Under the pieces are notes generated by a model that was given only the letters and a program-made list of their open reading frames with translations, did no database searches and was not told the origin of the DNA. From contig CANLPK010000001.1 in assembly GCA_947492885.1 (NCBI GenBank), forward strand, positions 36,852 to 100,851: DNA of 64,000 nucleotides. Reading direction: 5' to 3'. Origin of the DNA: Bacteroidota bacterium (lineage in GTDB: Bacteria > Bacteroidota > Bacteroidia > UKL13-3). Made by a program: the position numbers and the translations under genes. Shown piece after piece: positions 16,517 through 27,400 of the stretch; positions within the stretch are counted from its first letter, which is position 1, and each line of letters begins with the position of its first letter.

Positions 16517-17401
16517 ATGATTGCTACCAAATTACATGAATTCACCGGACATTCCGATTGTATCTATACTTCTGCTATTCACTACCCAACCCAACAATTA
16601 TATACTGCCGGAGGCGATGGCATGGTGGCAGCTTGGGATTGCGTTTTAGGCGGAGATGGGACATTACAAGTGCGTGTAAGTGCATCGGTTTATAGCATGT
16701 GCCTATATCGTAACAAGATGTTACTGGGTACTCGTACGGGTAATTTATTTGTTATTGACATGGACTCTAAATTGGAGGAGCGCAATATTGAAGCACACCA
16801 GCAAGGAATTTTTGACATTGTGTATGATAAAGAACAGGAACAAATTTATACTGTTGGTTTTGATGGGGTGCTTTGTGTTTGGGATCTTGAATTTAATTTA
16901 ATACGCAGCACCAAACTATCTGAGAAGAGTTTGCGCAATATCTGTTTGTTACCGGGCATGCTGGCCATTGCCAGCTCCGATTTTCAAATTTACCTCCTCG
17001 ATAAACTCACCTTGAAACCCATTCAAACCCTGAAAAATCATACCAATTCGGTATTTGCACTTGCCTATAATCCTTTACGCAAGGAGCTTTTGAGCGGGGG
17101 CCGCGATTGTTATGTGAAAATTTGGGATACGGAAACCTGGCAATTAAAAAATGAATATGCTGGAGCCACCTTGCATATCAATCATATTAGTTTTAATCCA
17201 GAGCTGGCTTGGTATGCAGTTTCCAGCATGGATAAAACTATTAAAATCTTCGATTCGAACACCCATGAGCCATTAAAATTTATCACACGTGAAAAAGATC
17301 AAGGTCATACTTCCTCAATAAATAAAACCTTATGGCTCAATTCCAATACAATTATTAGTGTGAGTGATGATAAGAAAGCCATGGTATGGTCATTAAAATA
17401 A
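16517..17401 (+). CDS. WD40 repeat protein (cytoplasmic, single propeller)
   Basis: 294 aa with repeated ...GH...D...VW(D/S) units (VAAWD, LCVWDL, VKIWDT, IKIFDS, AMVWSL). No signal peptide. Confidence 0.75.
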   Translation: MIATKLHEFTGHSDCIYTSAIHYPTQQLYTAGGDGMVAAWDCVLGGDGTLQVRVSASVYSMCLYRNKMLLGTRTGNLFVIDMDSKLEERNIEAHQQGIFDIVYDKEQEQIYTVGFDGVLCVWDLEFNLIRSTKLSEKSLRNICLLPGMLAIASSDFQIYLLDKLTLKPIQTLKNHTNSVFALAYNPLRKELLSGGRDCYVKIWDTETWQLKNEYAGATLHINHISFNPELAWYAVSSMDKTIKIFDSNTHEPLKFITREKDQGHTSSINKTLWLNSNTIISVSDDKKAMVWSLK

Positions 17402-17453
17402 TAGCACAATTGTTATCTTTGAAAAATCAGACTGTAAACCCCGATCGAGAAAT

Positions 17454-19928
17454 TTGAGAAGCCTTCTATTATTTTTTTTACTAGCCCTAGCCATAAGTCA
17501 GCAGGCTCAGTCGATTACGGTTACCGGTAAAATTACCGATGCCACTACTGGAGAAGGGGTGGGTTATGCCGGTATATTTGTGCGCGGTCAAAATGTGGGT
17601 GTTACCGCCGACTTCGATGGAGCCTTTAAAATTGTTATTCCCAAACCTTCCGATTCACTTTGGTGTAGTTATTTAGGTTATATCACCAAAGCCAAGCCAC
17701 TGGGCAAGAATCCAATTCAAATTGTAAATTTCACACTCGAGCCTAATAATTTTAATTTGGCCGAAATTGAAGTGAAGCCTCGCGAGAATCCAGCCATCAC
17801 GCTGATTAAGCTCGCCAACAAGAATCAACAGAAATACAATCCAGATAATATTGATGCTTACAGATATGAAAGTTTCAGTGAGTTGAATTTATCCATCGAC
17901 CATCTCGATCCACGCATTCAAAAGATGCCATGGTTTAAAAACATAAAACCGCTCTTCGATAGTATCAACGGTATTCGCAGCGATGAAGGCAAACCATTAT
18001 TGCCGGTGTTTATCTCCGAAACTGTTTCCGATTATTACTTCCAGTCTCCACCAAAGAAGCATCATGAATATATTAAAGCAACCAATGTTAAGGGAATTGG
18101 AGTTACCGATGGAACTACCACAGTTCAAGTACTTGGTGCCACTTTGCAGCAATATAATTTTTACGATAGCTGGATTGTTGTAATGAAGAAGGCATTCATT
18201 TCTCCCATTGGTGACGGTTGCTTGTTCTATTACAAATACAGAATTCGCGATACCGTTACCATCAATAATAAAACCTGTTACAAAATTGAAGTAACTCCGA
18301 AACGAAAACAAGACCTTGCTTTCACGGGCAATGTCTGGATATCAGATACTTCATATGCCATCATGCGTATCAGTGTAACTATTGCAAAAGATGCCAATTT
18401 GAACTTTGTGAATCAAGTGAAAATTTCGCAAGAGATGACCGAAGTGGCTCCTGATGTTTATTTGCCACTCAATACCCGAGTACTTATCGATTTGGCCGAA
18501 TTGGTAAAAAACACACCGAGCTTTTTAGCGAAGTTTACCATCTCCAACAAAGATTTTGTGGTTCATGATAAGCAACCAGCATCAGTATTTGAACATAATG
18601 TAGATGTAGATAAGAATGCCATTGTGGTAGCCCGCGATACGGGATATTGGCAAGATCATCGACATGCAGCCCTTGATACCAATGAGATGCGTGCTTATAA
18701 CATGGTGGACTCTTTACGCAATGTAAAATCAATTAAGAATGGTACCAAGCTCGCACAGTTTTTAGGAACAGGTTATCAGAAAGTGGGCATGGTTGATTTT
18801 GGGCCGTATTACTATCTAGGTAACAGGAATTATGTTCAAGGTTTTAGAGTGGCCATGGGGGTACGTACCAATTATAAATTCAGTCATTTCACCACCATTA
18901 AAACGTATGCTGCCTATGGATTTAAGGATCAGCAGGTGCGTTATAGTGTGCTCGAAGATTTTGTGCTATCGCGTAAGAAGTGGACCAATTGCGGATTACA
19001 GCGTAGAGTGGATGTTGACCAAGCAGGAATTAGCGATGGGAATTCAGATTTTAATAGTGCGGCGTTTGCACTTACTTCCATCTTTTCAAGCTTGAGCAGA
19101 ATTAACCTGAGTGAAGAAAATAAAATTTATTTCTTACGACAGTTTCAAAAAGATTGGATACTAAAACTCAATGGAACGCAAAAGAAGTTTACCCCTTATT
19201 TCCCATTTCAATATATCAGAGAAGATGGCATATTAGACAGCACCTTCGTGAACACTACTGCCAATTTTGAATTGCGTTTTGCCCATAACGAGCGGGTTTT
19301 GGTCGACGACAATACTCGTTACTTAATGGGTACCGAGCGTTCGCCAATCATTACAATGGGTTATACTGTAGCCCTGAAGGGCATTTTGAATGGTAGTTTT
19401 GGTTACAATAAATTTTACTTTAATGTACGGCAATCAGTGAATACGGGCATATTGGGACACGCGTATTATTATATTAAAGCGGCCAAATATTTTGGAACAG
19501 TGCCATTCCCTTCTTTGGATGTTCATCCAGGAAATCAAACATTCTACTTCAACACCACTTCTTTCAACCTGATGAATTTTTATGAGTTTGTGAGTGATCA
19601 ATTCGTAAGTGTATTTTATGAACAATACATGGAAGGTTTAATCACCAATCGTATTCCGCTTTTGAAAAGATTGCATTGGCGTACACTCACTACTGTGAAA
19701 GGAGTGTATGGGAGCATGAGTACAAATAACAGAAACATCATCCCAGCCAAATTTCAAACCTTTAGAACCTTAGAAAAGCTGCCATATATTGAAGTGAGTT
19801 ACGGTTTCGAAAATATCTTCAAATACTTCCGTGTCGATATGGTACATCGGATTACCTATCGGGATACCTATCTAAATCAAACGCCTCGCAAATGGGGTGT
19901 GTTGGTATCCGCTCAATTTAATTTATAA
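17454..19928 (+). CDS. CarboxypepD_reg-like domain protein of the DUF5686 type (outer-membrane-associated, function unknown)
   Basis: Signal peptide followed by ITVTGKITDATTGEGVGYAGIFVRGQNVGVTADFDGAFKI, a carboxypeptidase-regulatory-like fold. Its ~820 aa length is typical of this family. The start is TTG at 17454-17456. There is no upstream in-frame ATG, and the first internal Met is >150 aa downstream. Confidence 0.7.
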   Translation: MRSLLLFFLLALAISQQAQSITVTGKITDATTGEGVGYAGIFVRGQNVGVTADFDGAFKIVIPKPSDSLWCSYLGYITKAKPLGKNPIQIVNFTLEPNNFNLAEIEVKPRENPAITLIKLANKNQQKYNPDNIDAYRYESFSELNLSIDHLDPRIQKMPWFKNIKPLFDSINGIRSDEGKPLLPVFISETVSDYYFQSPPKKHHEYIKATNVKGIGVTDGTTTVQVLGATLQQYNFYDSWIVVMKKAFISPIGDGCLFYYKYRIRDTVTINNKTCYKIEVTPKRKQDLAFTGNVWISDTSYAIMRISVTIAKDANLNFVNQVKISQEMTEVAPDVYLPLNTRVLIDLAELVKNTPSFLAKFTISNKDFVVHDKQPASVFEHNVDVDKNAIVVARDTGYWQDHRHAALDTNEMRAYNMVDSLRNVKSIKNGTKLAQFLGTGYQKVGMVDFGPYYYLGNRNYVQGFRVAMGVRTNYKFSHFTTIKTYAAYGFKDQQVRYSVLEDFVLSRKKWTNCGLQRRVDVDQAGISDGNSDFNSAAFALTSIFSSLSRINLSEENKIYFLRQFQKDWILKLNGTQKKFTPYFPFQYIREDGILDSTFVNTTANFELRFAHNERVLVDDNTRYLMGTERSPIITMGYTVALKGILNGSFGYNKFYFNVRQSVNTGILGHAYYYIKAAKYFGTVPFPSLDVHPGNQTFYFNTTSFNLMNFYEFVSDQFVSVFYEQYMEGLITNRIPLLKRLHWRTLTTVKGVYGSMSTNNRNIIPAKFQTFRTLEKLPYIEVSYGFENIFKYFRVDMVHRITYRDTYLNQTPRKWGVLVSAQFNL

Positions 19929-19950
19929 TTGCATACTGGAATCAAAATAA

Positions 19951-20925
19951 ATGTCGGGCGAATTAAACACCATAAAGAAACCAATTGCCAAAGAGTTGGC
20001 CTTGTTTGAAGAGAAGTTTAAGGCTTCTTTAAAAAGTGATGTGGCCTTATTGGACACCATCATGAGTTATGTGGTGAAGCGCAAAGGCAAGGAGATGCGG
20101 CCGATTTTAGTATTTCTTAGCGCCCGTATTTTCGGAGAGATTAATGATGCAACCTATCGAGGAGCTAGTTTAGTAGAACTCTTACATACTGCCACCTTGG
20201 TGCATGATGATGTAGTGGATGATTCTATGGAACGTCGAGGCTTTTTCAGCATCAACGCGTTATGGAAGAATAAAATTGCAGTGCTTATTGGAGATTATCT
20301 TTTAAGCAAAGGCTTGTTATTGAGTATGGATAATGATGAGTTTTTTCTATTGAAAATACTCAGTGATGCAGTACGAAGAATGAGTGAAGGTGAATTACTG
20401 CAAATTGAACGTACGCGCAGACTCAATATCACAGAAGCCGATTACTATACCATTATTGGAAATAAAACAGCTTCCCTTATTTCATCCTGCTGTGCCATTG
20501 GAGCAGCTACTGTTACACAAGATAAGGCGCATATTGATACTTTAAAACAATTCGGTGAAATTATTGGTGTCGCATTTCAAATGAAAGACGACCTCTTCGA
20601 TTTCGGTACTGAAGATATTGGTAAGCCAACGGGCATCGATATCAAAGAAAAGAAGATGACCTTACCTTTAATTTATAGTTTGAATAATTGCAGCCAGGCA
20701 GAGCGCAAACGCATCATCAATATTGTAAAAAGCAAGACCAAGGATCGGTCAAAGATTGATGAAGTGATACGATTTGTGCATGAAAAGGGGGGTATAAAAT
20801 TCACTATTGCCAAGATGTATGAATATCGTGATCAGGCCATAGCGACATTAAAAACTTTACCTCAAAACGAAGCCAATCAATCGATGCAACTTCTGGTAAA
20901 CTACGTGGTGGAACGCAAGAAGTAA
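19951..20925 (+). CDS. polyprenyl diphosphate synthase (trans-isoprenyl diphosphate synthase, IspB-like)
   Basis: First and second Asp-rich motifs (LVHDDVVDD and MKDDLFD). 324 aa. Confidence 0.9.
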   Translation: MSGELNTIKKPIAKELALFEEKFKASLKSDVALLDTIMSYVVKRKGKEMRPILVFLSARIFGEINDATYRGASLVELLHTATLVHDDVVDDSMERRGFFSINALWKNKIAVLIGDYLLSKGLLLSMDNDEFFLLKILSDAVRRMSEGELLQIERTRRLNITEADYYTIIGNKTASLISSCCAIGAATVTQDKAHIDTLKQFGEIIGVAFQMKDDLFDFGTEDIGKPTGIDIKEKKMTLPLIYSLNNCSQAERKRIINIVKSKTKDRSKIDEVIRFVHEKGGIKFTIAKMYEYRDQAIATLKTLPQNEANQSMQLLVNYVVERKK

Positions 20926-21036
20926 AATTGCCTCAGTTTCTCGCCCTAGTTTAATCCGTCTAAAATACCGACAACCACCTTTTTTAGTCGCCTTCGTGTG
21001 CATAACTACTGCGGTCAACAAGCCAATACTCGTGTT

Positions 21037-21044
21037 TATTTTTG
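21037..21044 (+). promoter_or_regulatory. candidate Bacteroidota -7 box (TAnnTTTG)
   Basis: TATTTTTG lies 49 nt upstream of the ATG at 21093. I found no convincing -33 TTTG at canonical spacing. Confidence 0.3.
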
Positions 21045-21092
21045 TGCGTACTTCATCATTATAGTTTTATACGACTCATAAATTATTAGGTC

Positions 21093-22298
21093 ATGGCCGT
21101 TCTCGAAAAAATACAGGAAATCAATTTACGTGTTGCCGATCTTATTAAACAGCAACAACAGTTTAAGGCCCAAGCACAGAATTGGGAACATCTTTACAAG
21201 GAAGCAACCGATATTCAAAAGCGCTTACTGAATCAGAATACGGATACTGCTCGTATTAATGATGAACTTCGCCAGGAGCTTGATGCATTGAAATCAAATT
21301 TGAATGCCAGCGAACAAGAGCAGAGTCAATGGCTGGATACGATGAGCCAACTCGAGACAGAGGCTGCCACTTGGAAATCTCAATTACAAACGGCCCAATC
21401 GGAGTTGGTAAATTTGAGAGCACAGCAAGAGCAACAATTGAGTATGCATTTTGGCGCCGAGAAGGAGCAAGAGCAATTAAAAGCATTGAGTGAAGATTTG
21501 AAAGAGCAGTTGCATGCATCTCAACAACTCAACGGAGAGTTGCAATCGGAAGTACAGCTTGCTAAAATTAATCTAGTTGAAGAGCAAGCACTTCTAAATA
21601 ATACTAAACAACAAAACGTTTCTCTAGATAAAGAGTTGAATCTGCTCAAGGAGAAATACCAACACGAAATTTCAGCGCTACACAGTCAGCATGCTGCGCT
21701 TACTCAACAGCTCGATAAGTCGGGAGCTGAGCAACGTATGCTACAAGAGAATTTGCTGGCGCTCAGCGAAAGCGAAAATAAGAAGATACTCGCCCTCGAA
21801 TTATTACAACAGCAATTGGAAGAGATGGAAATGAGCTCGAACCTACCCGTAGAACCTGTTGAAAGCGAACACCTTACTTCGAGAATCGCCCAATTGATGG
21901 CCCAAATTGCCAATTTGGAGTTTGAGAAGGACTTGATGAAACAGAATCGGGTTTCGCATCCTATAGAGATTATTCAAGAGCTGGTAGCCCCTGTTCACCC
22001 TGAAGCTGCTGGCAACCCACATCAAATGGAGTTTCTATACGCCGAGCTGAAGGCCAGTCAGGCTGCCAATTCGGAGCTTGAAAGACAAATACATCAATAT
22101 ATTGAACGTTTGGCAACCCAACAGGCAGCCACCAAAGAAGAAAGTACCGAATTAAAAAATTTAGCAGAACAAAATAAAATCGTTAAACTTGCAGAAGCGA
22201 TAGAAGGGAATACGGTTGCTTCGAATATAGAGTTAAAGCAGAAGTTGAACGAAATGATAAAAGAAGTCGACCGTTGTATTGCTAAATTAAGCAGCTAA
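21093..22298 (+). CDS. Q/E/L-rich coiled-coil protein, function unknown
   Basis: 401 aa, almost entirely heptad-like and low in Pro/Gly. No TM segment or signal peptide. It lies directly upstream of zapA. Confidence 0.6.
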   Translation: MAVLEKIQEINLRVADLIKQQQQFKAQAQNWEHLYKEATDIQKRLLNQNTDTARINDELRQELDALKSNLNASEQEQSQWLDTMSQLETEAATWKSQLQTAQSELVNLRAQQEQQLSMHFGAEKEQEQLKALSEDLKEQLHASQQLNGELQSEVQLAKINLVEEQALLNNTKQQNVSLDKELNLLKEKYQHEISALHSQHAALTQQLDKSGAEQRMLQENLLALSESENKKILALELLQQQLEEMEMSSNLPVEPVESEHLTSRIAQLMAQIANLEFEKDLMKQNRVSHPIEIIQELVAPVHPEAAGNPHQMEFLYAELKASQAANSELERQIHQYIERLATQQAATKEESTELKNLAEQNKIVKLAEAIEGNTVASNIELKQKLNEMIKEVDRCIAKLSS

Positions 22299-22319
22299 AT
22301 AAAAAATTGATTCATCATA

Positions 22320-22598
22320 ATGGCTACATTAAAAGTTACCATTGCAGGGAAGGAATTCCCGCTTACCGTTGACGAGAGCACCCATAACGAGGTGTTGGCG
22401 GCAGTGGAATTGATTAATCAAAAGATACAACAACATCAGCATCAATTTAAAGTAGATGTAAAGGATGCCCTGGCCATGTGTGCATTGGAATTTGCTACAC
22501 ATAACGGTCAGTTGCAAAAAGTGGCACTCGAGTGGGAACAAGCCCAAACCGAAATTGACACCTTACATACCACCTTACAATCGGCTGAATCTATTTAG
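22320..22598 (+). CDS. zapA: cell division protein ZapA-like
   Basis: 92 aa. The N-terminal VTIAGKEFPLTVDES pattern and a C-terminal helical tail are typical of ZapA. It sits upstream of rny, as is common in Bacteroidota. Confidence 0.65.
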   Translation: MATLKVTIAGKEFPLTVDESTHNEVLAAVELINQKIQQHQHQFKVDVKDALAMCALEFATHNGQLQKVALEWEQAQTEIDTLHTTLQSAESI

Positions 22599-22674
22599 TA
22601 GCTTCGTTTTCATCCCCTTCCTCGCGTAATTTTTAAACCTTTAATTACGATCCCTTTTTAGAAGGAAACCCATT

Positions 22675-24243
22675 ATGGATGATAGTAAATTGTATGCACT
22701 CATTGCATTTTTAGTAGGAGTGATTCTGGCCACCATTATAACTTTGGTAATTAATAGCAGCCGGAACAAGAAAAACGAAATCAACGCCGAAGCCGAGAAG
22801 AAGAAAATTATAGCAGCAGGGGAGGCTCAAGCCGAAGTATTACGTAAAAACAAGATTTTAGAGGCTAAAGAGGAAATTCTGAAGCTGAAAGAGGAAAACG
22901 AAAGAGATGTTGTTAAGCGTAACAGTCAGCTTGTTCAAAGCGAACAACGCTCCAAAGCACTGGAACAGGGCTTAAAGCAGAAGATGGACAATATGAGCCG
23001 CAAAGAAGTGGATCTCGATAAGCTTAAGAAAGACTTGACAACCCAACTCGAAATCAACAAGGCCAAGCACGACGAATTACAGAAACATCAAAGCCAACAA
23101 ATTAAACAGTTGGAGGTGATGGCAGGCCTAACCGCCGAGGCAGCCAAGTTACAGCTCATCGAAAGCTTGAAAGACGAAGCCCGCGCACAAGCCGCCAATC
23201 AAATCAAAGACATTGCCGATGAAGCGAAACTCAATGCTTCAAAAGATGCTAAGAAGATTATCGTTCAAACCATTCAACGAACAGCATCGGAGCATGCCAT
23301 CGAAAATTCAATCTCGGTATTCCATATCGATAATGATGAAATCAAAGGTCGTATCATTGGTCGCGAAGGCCGTAATATCCGTGCCTTAGAAGCCGAAACT
23401 GGGGTGGAGTTTATTGTGGATGATACCCCGGAAGCCATCATCTTATCTTGCTTTGATCCATATCGTCGTGAAATTGCCCGTTTGAGTTTGCATCGTTTGG
23501 TGCAAGATGGACGTATCCATCCAGCACGTGTGGAAGAGGTGGTGAAGAAAACCAAACGCGACTTGGAAGAAGAAATTGCAGAACTAGGAAAACGTACTGC
23601 CATCGATTTAGGAATCCATGGATTACACCCTGAGTTGATACGCCTGGTAGGTAAGATGCGTTATCGCAGTAGCTACGGACAAAATTTATTGCAACATAGC
23701 CGCGAGGTAGCCAATCTTTGTGCTATTATGGCTGCCGATTTAGGATTGAATGTGAAATTGGCCAAACGTGCCGGTTTATTGCATGATATTGGTAAGGTGA
23801 GTGAAGAAGATCCAGAAATGCCGCATGCATTATTGGGTATGAAAATCGCGGAGCGTTGCAAAGAAAACCCAATCATTTGCAATGCTATTGGAGCCCATCA
23901 TGATGAAATTGAGATGACAGATATTATCTCACCGATTGTTCAAGCTTGTGACTCCATCTCAGGTGCACGCCCAGGAGCGCGCCGTGAAGATACTGAGCAG
24001 TACCTCAAACGTTTGGGCGACCTCGAGAAATTAGCACGCAGCAATAATGGGGTAACCAATGCTTATGCTATTCAGGCAGGACGTGAGTTACGTGTTATTG
24101 TAGAAGCAGAACGCGTTACCGATGCGGAAGCAGACGTAATGAGTTTGAATATCGCACATAAGATTCAAACAGATATGACCTATCCAGGACAAATCAAAGT
24201 AACCGTTATACGTGAAAAACGTGCGGTGAACTTCGCAAAGTAA
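22675..24243 (+). CDS. rny: ribonuclease Y
   Basis: N-terminal TM helix, long coiled coil, KH domain ([15 protein letters not shown]) and HD domain (LLHDIGK, GAHHDE). Confidence 0.95.
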   Translation: MDDSKLYALIAFLVGVILATIITLVINSSRNKKNEINAEAEKKKIIAAGEAQAEVLRKNKILEAKEEILKLKEENERDVVKRNSQLVQSEQRSKALEQGLKQKMDNMSRKEVDLDKLKKDLTTQLEINKAKHDELQKHQSQQIKQLEVMAGLTAEAAKLQLIESLKDEARAQAANQIKDIADEAKLNASKDAKKIIVQTIQRTASEHAIENSISVFHIDNDEIKGRIIGREGRNIRALEAETGVEFIVDDTPEAIILSCFDPYRREIARLSLHRLVQDGRIHPARVEEVVKKTKRDLEEEIAELGKRTAIDLGIHGLHPELIRLVGKMRYRSSYGQNLLQHSREVANLCAIMAADLGLNVKLAKRAGLLHDIGKVSEEDPEMPHALLGMKIAERCKENPIICNAIGAHHDEIEMTDIISPIVQACDSISGARPGARREDTEQYLKRLGDLEKLARSNNGVTNAYAIQAGRELRVIVEAERVTDAEADVMSLNIAHKIQTDMTYPGQIKVTVIREKRAVNFAK

Positions 24244-24267
24244 GCGAATCGATACATTAAAATAATC

Positions 24268-24299
24268 ACCGGAGTAGGATCACCTGCTCCGGTTTTTTA
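24268..24299 (+). terminator. Rho-independent terminator after rny
   Basis: The stem ACCGGAGtAGG / CCTgCTCCGGT has ~11 bp including one G-U, with a 4-nt loop. It is followed directly by T6 (24293-24298), 25 nt after the rny stop. Confidence 0.75.
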
Positions 24300-24431
24300 T
24301 TGGAAAAAGAAATGCGTTTTTGTCTATTCATTTTATCTGTTTTTTATACGGCACAAATAGTTAAATAATCAATCCACCATTTATTATTTGGAGCTACCTG
24401 CACCAAGTCAACTTAATGCAACCATTTTCGT

Positions 24432-24439
24432 TATATTTG
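24432..24439 (+). promoter_or_regulatory. candidate Bacteroidota -7 box (TAnnTTTG)
   Basis: TATATTTG lies 17 nt upstream of the ATG at 24456. Confidence 0.35.
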
Positions 24440-24455
24440 TCTATTGCATATCGGG

Positions 24456-27400
24456 ATGATTCACGAACGTAAACCATTACATATTGCCTTCCTGCTGCTG
24501 GCATGTTTTTGCTATGGGACACTGCATGCCCAAAAGAAAATGGTTCGCCCTCATCCCTCTTCCGCACTTTCCTTCGTAAAAAATATTGGTCAATGGCAGG
24601 AGCCGTTTTTGTATAAAACGAATCTTCCTAATGGTTCTTTGTATCTCGATAAGAGCGGGCTTACATTTAATTTTATTAATAGTCAAAGTGCTGAAACTTT
24701 GCATCAGATGATGCATCATTATTTTGCGGTGGATACTTTAAAGGAATTGACTGCATATTTTCATGCATTCAAAATGAATTTCGTGAATGCCAATCCTGAT
24801 TTAAATATAAGAGAAGAAGAGAAACAACCGACCTATCATAATTATTATTTAGGCAACAATTCGGCGCAATGGAAATCGGAGGTGCCCTTGTTTAATAAAC
24901 TAGTTTACGAGCAAGTTTATTCAGGAATTGATTATGAATTATACTCTGCAGGCAATACCTTTAAATATAATTTCGTATTGCAACCCAAAGCGAATTCACA
25001 GCAAATCAGCATGCGCTATTCAGGTTGTGATCTAAAACTCATAGATGGTAAGTTGCACATAAATACCTCAGTAAATGAAATGACCGAGGCGGAACCTTAT
25101 GCTTACCAATACGTTCAAGGAAAAATTATAAAGATTCCATGTTCTTTCGTACTGAAAAATAACGAAGTGAGTTTTCAATTAGGAGAATACAATACCAATG
25201 AAACGCTAGTTATTGATCCGATACTTGTATTCGCCACCTACTCAGGAAGCACCGTAGATAATTTTGGATTCAGTGCAGCCTTTGATAGTAAAGAATGTCT
25301 GTTCTCCGCAGGAATTACGACTCGAGGTATAGGTTATCCGGTGACTACTGGCGCATTTCAATCAAAATTTCAAGGAGGGAGTAACAGAATTGTTTTTAAT
25401 GGAGTAGATATTAAATTTGGTTGGGATATCACCATTAGTAAGTATGATTCAAGTGGTGCAAATTTACTTTACGCTACTTATCTTGGAGGGAAAGAGAATG
25501 AATATCCTCATAGTTTGTTACTTGATAAAAGTGATAATTTAATTGTATTGGGAACTACATGTTCCAATAATTTCCCTCATACAATCAATGCCTTCGATAC
25601 CATATTAAATGCCAATGGAGATACCGCAAGTACGGATTTATTTTTAGCTCGGTTTAATACTTTAGGGGCACTTGTTGCTTCAACATTTATTGGAGGTAGC
25701 GATTATGATGGCAATAATATGGGAGCCGATTTACAATATAATTATGCAGATGAATTTCGAGGAGATGTGATAGCGGATAATGATAATAACTACTATATTG
25801 GATCGGTTACCGCTTCGAATAATTTTCCTACTAAGAATGCATTTCAAGGTTCAAAGAAAACATTACACGATGGGGTAGTTTTTAAAATTGACTCCAACCT
25901 GAGTAAACTTTATTGGAGTACTTATTTTGGAGGAGATGATGATGATGCGATTTATTCTATCGACCTAGATAAACAAGATAATATTTATGTTTCAGGGGGG
26001 ACTAAGAGTAATAATTTTCCAGTTTCAACGAATGCGTATCAAAAAAATTTAGGCGGATACGTCGATGGATTTATTTCAAAATTTTCAAATGATGGTCAGG
26101 TAGTCATTGCGAGCACCTATATAGGAACGGCCAATTACGATCAGGTATATTTTATTGAAATAGATAAAAATGGAAATGCATTTGGCACTGGACAAACTGA
26201 AGGAAATTTCCCTGTCTCCTCTGGTGTGTATAGCATCGCCAATGGCTCTCAATTTCTTATTAAACTCGATCCCGATTTAAAGACAAGGTTGCGTTCTACC
26301 GTATTTGGTTCAGGTCGTTTGCAAAGTGGTAAACCGTATCCGGATATTTCTCCCACGGCATTCCTGGTTGATAATTGTGATTTGGTTTACGTATGCGGAT
26401 GGGGTAGTGATTTGGGTTTGAAGCATCCTGGTTCATCGAAAGATTTATTGGTTTCAGCCACAACCCCTCCATTATATAGCACCACCGATAACAATGATTT
26501 TTATATCATCGTTTTTAACCGAGATTTTGGGAGTGTAAAATTCAATACTTATTTCGGAGAGAATGGAGGAGAAGATCATGTAGATGGTGGCACCAATCGT
26601 TTTGATAAGAAAGGAATTATCTATGCATCAGTATGTGCTAGTTGTGGCGGCACTTCTGGGTTTCCAACAACTCCCAATGCTAAATTTCCAACAAATCTTT
26701 CACCAAGATGTTCCAATGCAGCATTTAAAATAGACTTCCAATTACAAACTTCCATCATTGCGGCTTTCAGACCTACACCACGAATTTCATGTGCTCCACA
26801 AGTGATTGCCATGAATAGTAAAAATAAAGCGGTACGATATTATTGGGATTTCGGGGATGGGACGACGGATACAACGCAAGATCCAACACATCTTTACCAA
26901 ACACCGGGCACTTATAAAATTCGCTTGATTTGTGAGGACACGAATACGTGCAATCGGTTTGATACCATCTATGACGAAGTAACGCTATTGGATGTTTCAA
27001 AAGCAAGTTTCAGTTATGATATCTCTTTTTGTGAAAACAGTATTGTCCTGAAAAATGAAAGTAAAAATCAAATTAAATATTTATGGGACTTTGGTGATGG
27101 AGTGCTAGATAGCACCACAGAAAAACCAAAGCACATTTACTCGGCTAGTGGTAAATATACGCTAATACTATATGTAAACAGAGGATTTCTATGTACGGAT
27201 AGCATGGTTAAAACGATCGATTTTGATCAGTTCAAACCCACACCCCCCATTGTTCCCAATGTGTTTACACCCAACGGAGATGGAAAGAATGATTTCTTTG
27301 AAGTAGGTGGCATTAATCCAAAATGCGATTCGATGGAGATGAAAATTTATACCCGCTGGGGGCAACTGGTATTTGAAACAAAAGAAGTTGGCAACTGGTG

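Noticed and set aside
22599-22674. Possible 6S RNA (ssrS) downstream of zapA, as in enterobacteria.
   Set aside because: The zapA-rny gap is only 76 nt, far too short for a ~180-nt 6S RNA. It contains only a 7-bp inverted repeat.
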